A stretch of 64,000 bases of DNA from a virus (IMGVR_UViG_3300046490_000096:1-64000); one strand, 5' to 3'; positions 29,424-38,121 are shown, counted from the first letter of the stretch. Made by a program: numbers and translations. The notes: generated by a model from the sequence alone, not told the origin.

Positions 29424-30263
29424 TTAGGCGAGGGTGTGAGTGTGGGCCGGGGATGTCGGCGTCACGGTGAAGTTGTACCAAAATGCGAAGGAGTGCGAGG
29501 CGTCCGGAGCCGTAGTCGGGATGATGGTCGTGGCTGTGGTGTCCTGGGTCCCAACAGCCTCGTTCAACCCGTTGACCTGCGCCTTGTAGACGTTGAACGC
29601 CGTGGCTGCCGGGGTCTTGTTCGTCGGAATCCCGAGAGCCGCGCCAAGGCCGATCCCGACGGTCCCGGCGAATCCGCTGCCGCCCGAGATCGTCGCGCTG
29701 GTCACGGTGGCGTATGCCTTGTCCGTGATGACTGTTCCGGCCGTCGCAATGTTGAAGGTCTGCGTGGCCGCGTTGCCGTTCTGGTCGACGCCCACGAGCA
29801 CCAACGATCCAGCCGTGCTGCCGGTGACGATGTTGACCTGCAGCTTGCGAGCCACGTCAGGTTGAAGCGCCAAGGTCAGCGCCACGTTGGAAGGCAGGAC
29901 AGCGTTCACCACACTGACCAAGTCCGCCGCCTTGGTAGTCGAGGGAAATTCGACCTTGCTGGACTGCACGAGAGCCGACACCGTGGTGGTGGTCGACTGG
30001 GGGGTCAGGGTCACGCCAGGCGCGGCCACGGTCATGCCCACGCACGCGTACTCAGGATCGCCCGTCCACGCGAGCTGGATCGTGGTAGCCACGCGCAGAG
30101 CCTCGATGGCCTGGTACTGAGCCAGGGTGAGCCCCTTGAACTCGCTGGTGACGTCCACCGGGACGCCGCGGGTGCCTCCGGAGGCGCTGGCGGGGAGAGT
30201 GACCGTGCGATTGCCGATCACGTTCACGGCGCTGGTGGTCATGTTGAATGCGTATAATGCCAT
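29424..30263 (-). CDS. Putative head decoration/fibre protein
   Basis: 279 aa, T/A/G/V-rich beta protein between capsid and neck genes. Confidence 0.55.
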   Translation of the reverse strand: MALYAFNMTTSAVNVIGNRTVTLPASASGGTRGVPVDVTSEFKGLTLAQYQAIEALRVATTIQLAWTGDPEYACVGMTVAAPGVTLTPQSTTTTVSALVQSSKVEFPSTTKAADLVSVVNAVLPSNVALTLALQPDVARKLQVNIVTGSTAGSLVLVGVDQNGNAATQTFNIATAGTVITDKAYATVTSATISGGSGFAGTVGIGLGAALGIPTNKTPAATAFNVYKAQVNGLNEAVGTQDTTATTIIPTTAPDASHSFAFWYNFTVTPTSPAHTHTLA

Positions 30264-30333
30264 GTGTCAGTTTCTCCATTCTTGGGGTGGGTTTGCGCGC
30301 TGCTACCGCCCAGTGCGCGCACCTATCTTGTCC

Positions 30334-30591
30334 TTATTTGCGCGCCTGTACGGGCTTTGCCGACCCACACCTCACGCACGCCCTCATCACTTCAACCCTG
30401 GCGGCCGGATGCTCAATTTTTCTGTTCTTCAATGCCCAAGCCCTCTGCCTTGCCCTCGTTCTGTCCTTGTTCGCAACGGCATACGCTCGGAAGCAAGCCT
30501 TACAGCGCGGCTGCAGCCCGTCCCTGCGAGTTCGATCCAGTCCAAACTCGGACTTTGGCTTAGCTGTCTTGCAATCCCAACACGTTTTCAT
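30334..30591 (-). pseudogene. Truncated Zn-finger of a homing-endonuclease-type protein
   Basis: MKTCWDCKTAKPKSEF..DGLQPRCKAC N-terminus, with no nuclease domain before the stop. Confidence 0.45.
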
Positions 30592-30593
30592 GG

Positions 30594-31013
30594 CTACACG
30601 GGCGCCACTGATAGGTTCATCGGGTGGACACTCCCGGAATTCATCCTGGTGCTGTAGGTGTTGACCGGGGCTCCCAAAAGCTCGGCGAGTTTGAGAATCC
30701 ATTTTCTCGACTCTTCGTCCAATTTCTCCGCATGCCGGTCATTGACGCTGATGTTGTCCACCCGCGTGGCCGCGAAGTACCCTTGCGCCTCCACGAGCTG
30801 AGCCTCGATGCCGTCGAGTACGGCCACGCAGTTGCGGACCAGCCCCACGGCGCCTTCGGGAATCTTGTTCATCTGCCCTTCGAGAATGAAGAGCGTCTGC
30901 GCTACCGCTGGAATGCCGAGAGTGAAGGTGGTCACGTCGACAGCGACCGGGTATCCGAGGTAGTAACGGATCCGTGACTTCTCCTCCTCGGAGAGTATTG
31001 CGTTTACAGTCAC
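30594..31013 (-). CDS. Head-tail connector protein
   Basis: LSEEEKSRIRYYLGYP helical start; downstream of the capsid gene. Confidence 0.65.
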   Translation of the reverse strand: MTVNAILSEEEKSRIRYYLGYPVAVDVTTFTLGIPAVAQTLFILEGQMNKIPEGAVGLVRNCVAVLDGIEAQLVEAQGYFAATRVDNISVNDRHAEKLDEESRKWILKLAELLGAPVNTYSTRMNSGSVHPMNLSVAPV

Positions 31014-31033
31014 GGCATCGCGCCCAGCTTAGG

Positions 31034-31321
31034 CTAGGCGACCTCCTCAAGCTGAACCTTGGAACGCTTTAGAGCCTCGATGTCGTACCCAAGCGACGAG
31101 ACGATGTGCCCCTGCTTGAGCGTGTAGTGCGCGCCACCGCGAGACACCTTGGCATCGGCCAGGACTCGGAACTTCTTCTCGGATGGAAGAGGTGGCGGTA
31201 GAGGCGCCTCGGGCGAGGCCTCGATCACGGGAGCAGCTTGCTCCTCCACCTTCGCGGACTCCGGTACTGGATCCGCCTTCCCGACTGAGATTGGTTCGTC
31301 TGTGATCCTGAATTTTGCCAT
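31034..31321 (-). CDS. Small capsid-associated protein
   Basis: 95 aa, Pro/Glu linker plus small C-terminal domain; GAGGGGG RBS. Confidence 0.6.
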   Translation of the reverse strand: MAKFRITDEPISVGKADPVPESAKVEEQAAPVIEASPEAPLPPPLPSEKKFRVLADAKVSRGGAHYTLKQGHIVSSLGYDIEALKRSKVQLEEVA

Positions 31322-31336
31322 CTGCGTTTCCCCCTC

Positions 31337-31667
31337 AAAAAAAAACTGAAAGGCTGAAGTCCAGAAATTGACTACACAGACGAATCTGATAGTCGGACCA
31401 GGCGATTATCGCACGCCGGAGCGAGTATCTGGACTTCAGTTTTCAGCCCCACGAACACGACCGGAAAGGTCCGAAGTCCCCCGGTACAGTTTGCGGGTAA
31501 ACGGTCAACACAAGGTCGACCGGCTTTCACACGCCACGAATGGGTGTGAACCAAACGGGACGAATCCCGATGGAATCTTTGCGTCGCCACGGCGCTCCCA
31601 GCACTGTAAGTGCCGGGAATCTTTCGATTACGCGCCGTGGCGATCGTCACAACTTGTGTCTTTCGAT
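31337..31667 (-). ncRNA. Candidate structured RNA element ending in a long stem plus U9
   Basis: At least seven hairpins, four UUCG loops, one GAAA loop, 13-bp and ~19-bp long-range stems, U9 at 31337-31345. Confidence 0.6.
31641..31665. promoter_or_regulatory. Palindromic operator-like site, copy 2
   Basis: cgatcgtcacaacttgtgtc matches 45747-45766 at 18 of 20 positions. Confidence 0.45.
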
Positions 31668-33035
31668 TTACGCCGAGCCGTGGCAGATCACGACCGCGCG
31701 CTTGTAGGCCGCGGCGCTGGACGTGGTGACGGAGTCGGTCGGGATCGGCCAGTCACCGGAGAACGACCAGGCCGCGCCCGTGGTCTGCTGGAGGCGGTCC
31801 AGAGGCGCACGGAGCACCAGGCGGATCCGCTCGGTCATGACCTGCACGCCGCCGTTGACGACTGCGAACTCGCCGATCTTGCCTTGGATGCCGGCTTCCG
31901 AGATGTACCGGGACTCGTCGAGGTACTTCTCTTCGATGGCTCCCTGGCCAGTGATGATCGAGCGGTGGATGTTCACGCTGAGAGGATTCGAGAGCTCGAA
32001 GCCCGTGGTGTAGCCGTTGGCCGGATTCTCCGAAACCGTGGCGCTGTTGGGGGCCTCGGTATTGCGGTAGAAGGTGACGCCCAAAAGGTACGCCATCGCA
32101 AACCGGCGATAGTGGATGTAGTCCGGCATGGAGCGGTTGAGGTTCTGGAACTCGGTGTCCGAGAACATCTGCGACTCGCTGATGGGGTCGCCGTGCCAGT
32201 GGTACGACCCATCCTCGTGCGGGGGAATGTTGTCGAAGCGCATCTGGGCAACCGCGGTACGGATGTCGGCCAGGGTCTGCTGGGTCGTGGCCGTCACGTC
32301 ATCGACGCGAGTGCCACCGCCCGAGAAGACGATGCGAGAACGGTTGGCCGCAAGAACAGCGGTGCGAGCCACAACGGCACCGACAGCAGTCCCGAGGGTC
32401 AGCGTACCGCCGTGGATTTCGTCGCCGGGAATCGTCGAGGTGAACCCGACAACCGTATTGGCCACGCCGCCGATGGTGATGGCCAGCGGGTTGGACGCGC
32501 TCACGGGCTGAGGGCGACCGTTGAAGATTTGCTTGGTGAATCCGCAGAGATTCACGACCGGGAGGGCCGAGCCGCCGCCGTACACCGTCGCCACCGTGTT
32601 GCCAGCCACGTAGCTGTTGAACAGCTTGTCGCGGACAACGCGATTGAGGGACTGACCAGCGTGTAGGCCGAGCTGGTGCATGTTCCGCAGGTAGGCCGAC
32701 GCCAGCGTGACGTAGCTGGTGGGCATGTGGGTATCGATGGCCTTGCCCCACTGTTGAGCCGTGGCTTCCCACTGCTCGACCGCGTAGCTGGCGGGAGTCG
32801 GATCCACGCCGGGCTGCAGGGGCCGCGTCGAGGGCTCGATGAGCCCTGCGCGGGTGAACGTCTGGTTGGCGCCGAGGTTGACCGGCCACAACTCGCCGAT
32901 CGCTTCCATGCGATACAGGAGGCGCGGGAAGGCCGCATCACGGAACACGCGCTGCAAAGTGCGGTCTTGCGCAATCGCAACGACCGAGGGATTGAACCCC
33001 GTCACGGTCAGGGAAGAATTAGGGAAGTTTGGCAT
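31668..33035 (-). CDS. Major capsid protein
   Basis: 455 aa from MPNFPNSS (GGAG RBS); follows the scaffold; TLADIRTAVAQMRFDNIPP and YLLGVTF are HK97-fold-like segments. Confidence 0.85.
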   Translation of the reverse strand: MPNFPNSSLTVTGFNPSVVAIAQDRTLQRVFRDAAFPRLLYRMEAIGELWPVNLGANQTFTRAGLIEPSTRPLQPGVDPTPASYAVEQWEATAQQWGKAIDTHMPTSYVTLASAYLRNMHQLGLHAGQSLNRVVRDKLFNSYVAGNTVATVYGGGSALPVVNLCGFTKQIFNGRPQPVSASNPLAITIGGVANTVVGFTSTIPGDEIHGGTLTLGTAVGAVVARTAVLAANRSRIVFSGGGTRVDDVTATTQQTLADIRTAVAQMRFDNIPPHEDGSYHWHGDPISESQMFSDTEFQNLNRSMPDYIHYRRFAMAYLLGVTFYRNTEAPNSATVSENPANGYTTGFELSNPLSVNIHRSIITGQGAIEEKYLDESRYISEAGIQGKIGEFAVVNGGVQVMTERIRLVLRAPLDRLQQTTGAAWSFSGDWPIPTDSVTTSSAAAYKRAVVICHGSA

Positions 33036-33128
33036 GGGTCGTTTCTCCAATTGTGGATGAGGGGCGATGGATCAAATCTATCAAGGTTTCTCGTCGGTGA
33101 GTTTGGTTTTGAATCGCCCCGTCATTCT

Positions 33129-33899
33129 CTAGCTTCCGGGCTGCCATCCGGAGCGGCGGAGTCGGGCATTGAACTCCTCCGGCGTATCGTCATCGGCAGT
33201 CTTCTGTGGCGGAGTCGCACCCGGAACACTGGGCTTCGGGGTTTCCTCGCCGGGGGCTGCGGATTCTTTCGGAGCCGTTGTAGGGGGGACGACTACAGGA
33301 GGAACGACCGTGGTCGTCGCGGCGACGGTTGTCGTAGCGCCGAACAGGTGTGGTTTCGTCTCCTTGAGTCCGGCGAAGAATACGTCGGGATCCACTTCAC
33401 CCGTGCCCTTGGCAACCTCGCGTGCAAAAAGCGTCACGGCGTAGTCGGTGTCGACGATGCCGGCTTTGGAGGCTGCGGCCGAGAGCTGGGCTTCGAACTG
33501 CTTGTTCTTGAGCCGCTTGACTTCCTTCTCGTGCTTCTTCTTCAGCGACTCGTTCTGGCCCTTGAGCTGGACGGCTTCCTCGCGAGCTTCCCTCACTTCC
33601 CTCTTGGCCTCTTCGAGCGCCTTGTCGACGGTCTTCTGTTCCGCCGACTTGTCTCCGCTCGCCGGTTGCGCTCCGCTCTTCTGGACGAGCGCCTTGGCTT
33701 CCTCGATGGTGCAGCCGAGCTGACGCTTGACCTCCATCGCGGCTTCTCGCTTCACCCTGTTCACGAACGCTTGGTGAGGCGGCTCGCGGAATTCCCCCTT
33801 GACCTTTGCGGGCTGCTGGGCCTGCACAGGCGGCACCACCGGGGGCGCGACTACTGGGGGTGTGACTTGGGTTTGCACTGTCGTGTTCTCGTCGGCCAT
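33129..33899 (-). CDS. Capsid scaffolding protein
   Basis: Pro-rich ends, central coiled coil, TPEEFNARL C-terminus; directly upstream of the capsid gene. Confidence 0.8.
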   Translation of the reverse strand: MADENTTVQTQVTPPVVAPPVVPPVQAQQPAKVKGEFREPPHQAFVNRVKREAAMEVKRQLGCTIEEAKALVQKSGAQPASGDKSAEQKTVDKALEEAKREVREAREEAVQLKGQNESLKKKHEKEVKRLKNKQFEAQLSAAASKAGIVDTDYAVTLFAREVAKGTGEVDPDVFFAGLKETKPHLFGATTTVAATTTVVPPVVVPPTTAPKESAAPGEETPKPSVPGATPPQKTADDDTPEEFNARLRRSGWQPGS

Positions 33900-33986
33900 T
33901 TTCTGTCTCCCTACTCTTCCGATTTACCGCTCGGTGGTGGCGTGTGGGCGCCCGGATAAGCCTCCGGGCCAGGCTTGAAACTGCTG

Positions 33987-34409
33987 TTACTGTCCGAGTG
34001 CCTTCTTCGTGATCGACGCCTCATCGGTCGACACGGCGTAGGTGAAGGACGCCGTGAGGGCCAGGTCGGTCGCGCAAAAGAGAACGTGGAGACCGCCGTC
34101 CCACACGCACTCACCGGACGCGGGTACGATGGCTCCGACTCCCGAGACGGGGCCCTTCAGGAGCTTCTTCACGCCAGTTGCCGAACCGCCAGAGACGGAC
34201 GCGACCACGCACTGAAAGAGGCCCTGAGAGGTGGGCTGATTGGCCAAGGTCGACACGTTCGTCGTGACGGCGATTCCGGTCTCGGTGTAGCCCATCTTCG
34301 AAATGGCGTAGGAGAGGATTTCTCCCAGGCCCATCGAGGCGCACAGGTCGGGCAGGTTGTTGGCGGTTTCGACGCCGTTCAGTTGGTCGCGGACGGATGC
34401 AGTGGACAT
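33987..34409 (-). CDS. Putative head decoration protein
   Basis: 140 aa in the head module; GGAG RBS. Confidence 0.5.
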   Translation of the reverse strand: MSTASVRDQLNGVETANNLPDLCASMGLGEILSYAISKMGYTETGIAVTTNVSTLANQPTSQGLFQCVVASVSGGSATGVKKLLKGPVSGVGAIVPASGECVWDGGLHVLFCATDLALTASFTYAVSTDEASITKKALGQ

Positions 34410-34418
34410 GGTGATCTC

Positions 34419-34811
34419 CTAGGACAAGTCGCCAGCGATCAGGATCTCAAGGTCGGCCGTGCCGACAAACTTGATCGCCGTGAACTCGCTGCCTGAGTTG
34501 GGGGAATGAAGAAGGAATGCGGTTGCGCTGAATGCCTGGTCTGTACCGGCCGCTGACGTGAGGACGATCTTGATTGTGGCGCCGGCCTGCGCCTTCACCG
34601 AGATGGCCCGCACCTTGACGATGCCATCCAGCGAGAGAACGAAGGGGAGCAAGTCGGTCGCGCCCACCACACCGATGCGCGCCGTCTTCGAGGCCTGGTA
34701 GGTCCCCTGGAAAGACGTGTCGGCAACGTCGAGCAGGGAGCCATTCGAGCTTCCGCAGAACGGACGCTCGGTCAAGGCCCCTTGGTGACTGATCGTGGTA
34801 GGCTGCGCCAT
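34419..34811 (-). CDS. Hypothetical head-module protein
   Basis: 130 aa, beta-rich; ATG abuts the upstream TAG. Confidence 0.55.
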   Translation of the reverse strand: MAQPTTISHQGALTERPFCGSSNGSLLDVADTSFQGTYQASKTARIGVVGATDLLPFVLSLDGIVKVRAISVKAQAGATIKIVLTSAAGTDQAFSATAFLLHSPNSGSEFTAIKFVGTADLEILIAGDLS

Positions 34812-34973
34812 CTAGACTTTGTTGAGACCCTTGGCCGCACTCGGTGTCTCTCTAACCGGGTTTAACGCGGAGCCCCATTGCTCTTCCTCGGGAACGCTCG
34901 GAGTCCCACCGTTGGGCGCGCCGTGCTTGGAGTCGTATGCTTCTTGCGGGTCTTTCGGCTCTTCGGTTGCCAT
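34812..34973 (-). CDS. Small peptide A (53 aa)
   Basis: Manual translation MATEEPKDPQEAYDSKHG..NPVRETPSAAKGLNKV; GGAG RBS; not in the ORF track. Confidence 0.7.
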   Translation of the reverse strand: MATEEPKDPQEAYDSKHGAPNGGTPSVPEEEQWGSALNPVRETPSAAKGLNKV

Positions 34974-34981
34974 GGTGGCTC

Positions 34982-35134
34982 CTACTTTGTCGACAGGTTC
35001 TTGAACGCGACTTCCTGCACCGGAGGCTTGTTACTCGCCTCGGTCAAGCCGCTCGGGCGCTGCTCTTCGGCATCCGACCGGGTGCCGTGCTTCGAGTCGT
35101 ACTGCTCGGAAGGATCCTTGGGTTCGTCACTCAT
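34982..35134 (-). CDS. Small peptide B (50 aa), paralogue of A
   Basis: MSDEPKDPSEQYDSKHG..PVQEVAFKNLSTK; shares EPKDPxExYDSKHG with A. Confidence 0.7.
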   Translation of the reverse strand: MSDEPKDPSEQYDSKHGTRSDAEEQRPSGLTEASNKPPVQEVAFKNLSTK

Positions 35135-35444
35135 TGGTGTCGATCTCCTCGCTGCTCGTTTCGTCGTCCTGCTCTTCTTCGGGCTGCGCGCCAAGCTCTT
35201 TGGCCTTCGCGTCGAGGCGGTCCCGAATGGACTGGCAGTCGTTCCGAATCTCGATGATCGACTCATCCGGGTCCGGCAGCTCGTCGAGCGCCTCGACCAC
35301 GTCCCCGACGGCGTGCGATTGCTCCGTCAGAATCACGTGTACGTCGCTCGAATCGCCTTCCATCGGCGCATCGGGAACGACCTCGGCCCCTCCGCCGTGG
35401 GTGCGGCGAGCGGCCCAATCCTTCAAGCCAGCCTGGTCAGCCAT
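35127..35444 (-). CDS. Small acidic protein
   Basis: 105 aa, D/E-rich, helical hairpin-like. Confidence 0.6.
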   Translation of the reverse strand: MADQAGLKDWAARRTHGGGAEVVPDAPMEGDSSDVHVILTEQSHAVGDVVEALDELPDPDESIIEIRNDCQSIRDRLDAKAKELGAQPEEEQDDETSSEEIDTNE

Positions 35445-35639
35445 CTACTTCCCGCCCTTCATCGGCGCCGGCTTCTCGACCGGGTTCGTCGGATTGGCAG
35501 CGTAGTCCCGCTCGGTGCCCTGGGGACACACGCCAGCCGGGCAACCCGCGACGGCATCGAAGCTCTCGGAGCTTTCGAAGCCACCCTTGCGGTTCCTCTC
35601 CTCGGCGATCATGCGACTGTTGCGATGAGTCTCGGGCAT
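35445..35639 (-). CDS. Small peptide (64 aa)
   Basis: Abuts both neighbours; ends NPVEKPAPMKGGK. Confidence 0.6.
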   Translation of the reverse strand: MPETHRNSRMIAEERNRKGGFESSESFDAVAGCPAGVCPQGTERDYAANPTNPVEKPAPMKGGK

Positions 35640-35867
35640 CTAGCGACCTCCGGTGAGATTCCTGAACGACTTGCGATTCTTCACGGGCGAGCCGCTCTCG
35701 GTCGGGTCATCGGACAGGCCACCAGACGCTGCCCGCTGCTGGGCAAGGGACGCGTCGTCGGCCCCGAGTCCCGTTCGGTCATCGTCGATGACGTTGGGAT
35801 GCGGGGCGTTGACAGCCGGATGGTTTACCCACTTCGGTTCCGGGCCTGGGTAGAGCGGTTTCGCCAT
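35640..35867 (-). CDS. Small peptide (75 aa)
   Basis: MAKPLYPGP..SPVKNRKSFRNLTGGR. Confidence 0.55.
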   Translation of the reverse strand: MAKPLYPGPEPKWVNHPAVNAPHPNVIDDDRTGLGADDASLAQQRAASGGLSDDPTESGSPVKNRKSFRNLTGGR

Positions 35868-35916
35868 GCCACCTAAGCGTTTCAAGGTTTCCCCGTGTCG
35901 TCAACGAATTTGTGAC

Positions 35917-35946
35917 GCCGTTTCGGGAGAGGAGCATATACAGGGG
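35917..35946 (+). promoter_or_regulatory. Repeated promoter motif class 2 (GCCGTTTCG-N8-GCATATACAGGGG), copy 1
   Basis: The same motif occurs at 55776-55805 and 60114-60143, each time upstream of and co-oriented with a gene run. Confidence 0.7.
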
Positions 35947-35961
35947 CATGGAGACAAGCAC

Positions 35962-36504
35962 ATGAGCACCGTCCGATTGAACCAAGGCATGCGCGACACC
36001 ATCATGGGTCGGCTGATGAAACACGCCTTCGAGAAGCGGGAACTGGACTTGCGAAAGGAAGATACAAAGCTCGCGGACGACGTCTATGACGACATCTACC
36101 CCAAGGACATCAAGAAGAAGATGGCCGATCTGCCGGCGGAATTCTTCCTATCCGTCCAGCACCTGAAGGTTTCCTTCGCCGGGCAATTCGAGCAAGTCGT
36201 GATGAGCGCAGCGAGGCCGGCGTCGAAACGCCACGACTACAACGCAGCCAAAGTGTACGACGCCAAGGATCCGCTGAGCGTCCGCTACTTCGAGATCGGA
36301 AAGACGCGCACAAAGCTCCGAGAAGATCGGGCGCGGGCAAAGAGCGCCGCACGCGCCGCCCTCGACAGTTGCTCGACGATCAAGCAACTCCTAGAAGTGT
36401 GGCCCGAGGCCGGCGCCTTCGTTGCAGACTTCACGGCTCCGCCAAAAACTCGCGCGCTCACGCTGTCTATCAAGGATCTGAACAAGACGCTGGGGCTCCC
36501 GTAG
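35962..36504 (+). CDS. Nmad5-like (nucleotide-modification-associated domain 5) protein
   Basis: MSTVRLN..RDTI start and STIKQLLEVWPEAGAF..LNKTLGLP end; start at 35962. Confidence 0.7.
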   Translation: MSTVRLNQGMRDTIMGRLMKHAFEKRELDLRKEDTKLADDVYDDIYPKDIKKKMADLPAEFFLSVQHLKVSFAGQFEQVVMSAARPASKRHDYNAAKVYDAKDPLSVRYFEIGKTRTKLREDRARAKSAARAALDSCSTIKQLLEVWPEAGAFVADFTAPPKTRALTLSIKDLNKTLGLP

Positions 36505-36506
36505 CC

Positions 36507-36779
36507 ATGGTATGCGCGCACTGTGATGTAACCATGGACGACTCGTGGAGGTTCTGCCCCACGTGCGGAAAGCCCAACGAGATCAACGATGCTATCGCTG
36601 GCACCGTTGAGAGGTGGAGGCGCAGGGTGGGTAAAAGCAAGAACGAGCACACAATGGCCGAGCTGGTTACCGAATTGCAGACCGAAGTATCCGCGCGCAT
36701 TCATCAGCTACGAGAGGATCTGGCAGAGGCAAAGAGGAAGCTGGCTACTCCTCTTCCGACTCCTCCACCTGAATCCTAG
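36507..36779 (+). CDS. Zinc-ribbon plus coiled-coil protein
   Basis: CAHC..FCPTCG; second gene of the plus-strand cassette. Confidence 0.65.
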   Translation: MVCAHCDVTMDDSWRFCPTCGKPNEINDAIAGTVERWRRRVGKSKNEHTMAELVTELQTEVSARIHQLREDLAEAKRKLATPLPTPPPES

Positions 36780-37671
36780 CCGGCTCCACCTCTCCCTGCT
36801 CTCCGATCTTCCCCGCCCCCCAAGCCTCTGACCATGGGATGACGACCTCACGATCATTCGGTCGATTCGGGGGCGCCATGTACTCGACTACCTCGGTCCC
36901 GTGCTTCGTCTCGCGCTCCCAAACAAAGGGTTCGTCGACCGGCACAGTCTGTCCGTCCAGCTCCTCGGAATCCTCGCCCGTGCGCGAGTCGAACGTGGCC
37001 ACGAGGCGTTTCATCAGCTCCGGCATGTCCCTGTCTCGCATGGTTTCCATCGTGGCCTGCGAGGTCACTCCGTAGCTGTAGGCAAGCTCCGTACGCGCAA
37101 TCCGATCTGCCCGCCACCGCTGCCCATCGAACACGCCGCCGCTCGCCGCGATTCGAGTCACCACGCCGTCCACGGTCTCGCCCTGAATGAGCGACTCGGC
37201 CATGGCGTCCTTGACCTGCGTGATGGTCTGCGCGCCGTAGAACCCTTTGCTCGCCTCGTATCGGTCCAGCAGCGAAGGCAGGACATCGTCCCGCACTCCA
37301 CGCAGAATCGCCGCCCGGTCGGTCTCGAGGACTGGCATGTGCCCCGTGAACTGCCGCTCTGCCACCTCGACCGTCTTGATCAGGTGCCGCTGGGCCAGCA
37401 CGCTCGCGAGTTTCCCCTCTTTCGTCAGGTGCTCCCCCATCGCCTCTTGGAACGCGTGGATGCCTTCGTTCACCTGCACCAGCACCATGCGCATGTGCTG
37501 GGCTGAGAAGGTGTCTCCCTTGCCCTGCCTTCGCAGCTTCGCCAGCTTGGCTTCGAGCTCGGCCCGTGACCGCTCATAGATTCCGCGCAGCTTCCCCACG
37601 CCGCGGAGTTCGATCACTCCCTGAATCTGGGCGCGGTGAAGGCGGATGACTTCGGCGATGGCGCTTGCCAT
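36745..37671 (-). CDS. Head morphogenesis protein (SPP1 gp7/Mu gpF-like)
   Basis: RADRIARTELAYSY, KRLVATFDSRT and PPNRPNDR motifs. Confidence 0.9.
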   Translation of the reverse strand: MASAIAEVIRLHRAQIQGVIELRGVGKLRGIYERSRAELEAKLAKLRRQGKGDTFSAQHMRMVLVQVNEGIHAFQEAMGEHLTKEGKLASVLAQRHLIKTVEVAERQFTGHMPVLETDRAAILRGVRDDVLPSLLDRYEASKGFYGAQTITQVKDAMAESLIQGETVDGVVTRIAASGGVFDGQRWRADRIARTELAYSYGVTSQATMETMRDRDMPELMKRLVATFDSRTGEDSEELDGQTVPVDEPFVWERETKHGTEVVEYMAPPNRPNDREVVIPWSEAWGAGKIGEQGEVEPARIQVEESEEE

Positions 37672-37675
37672 CGGT

Positions 37676-38119
37676 TCACTTCTTCATCGGAGCCGGCTTC
37701 TTGCCATCCTCGATTGCCCGCTCTCGCTGGTGCACCAGATCGTGGTGCCGAGCGCAGATCGCGTGGAGACCGTCTTCGTTGTTCTGCTTCCCCTTCTCGG
37801 CCTGCTCTTTGAGCCACGCCGACGCCTTAGGATCGTCCGCGATTTCCTCTGCATGCCCGCCGAGGTGATCGAGATCAAGGTCCACCTGGGCCGTCTTACA
37901 GCCAGGCACCGCGCACTTCCAGCCATCCCGGCGGAACACCTTGAGCGCAAGCCTCGGATCAAGCCCGCCCTTGCCGTCGCTCTTCAGAGTGGTCCCATGC
38001 GCCTTGGCCTCGGCTTGAATTCGCTTCACGACGGACGCAGCAGCGCCGGCCCCTCCGCGCTTCTTGAGGTCGGACTTCTGGCGACTCTTCGCCCACTGTT
38101 CTGTTTTTCCGCAGGGCAT
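37676..38119 (-). CDS. HNH endonuclease
   Basis: VFRRDGWKCAVPGC..LDLDH..ICARHH; start MPCGK at 38119. Confidence 0.85.
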   Translation of the reverse strand: MPCGKTEQWAKSRQKSDLKKRGGAGAAASVVKRIQAEAKAHGTTLKSDGKGGLDPRLALKVFRRDGWKCAVPGCKTAQVDLDLDHLGGHAEEIADDPKASAWLKEQAEKGKQNNEDGLHAICARHHDLVHQRERAIEDGKKPAPMKK

Positions 38120-38121
38120 GG

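Noticed and set aside
31366-31395. GACUA/UAGUC pairing resembling group I intron P7
   Set aside because: Only a small hairpin lies between the strands (no P3/P8 arrangement), and no gene is interrupted.
31570-31630. GAAA hairpin plus GACGCAAAG resembling a c-di-GMP-I riboswitch
   Set aside because: The upstream GGCAAA partner and the expected stem order are missing.
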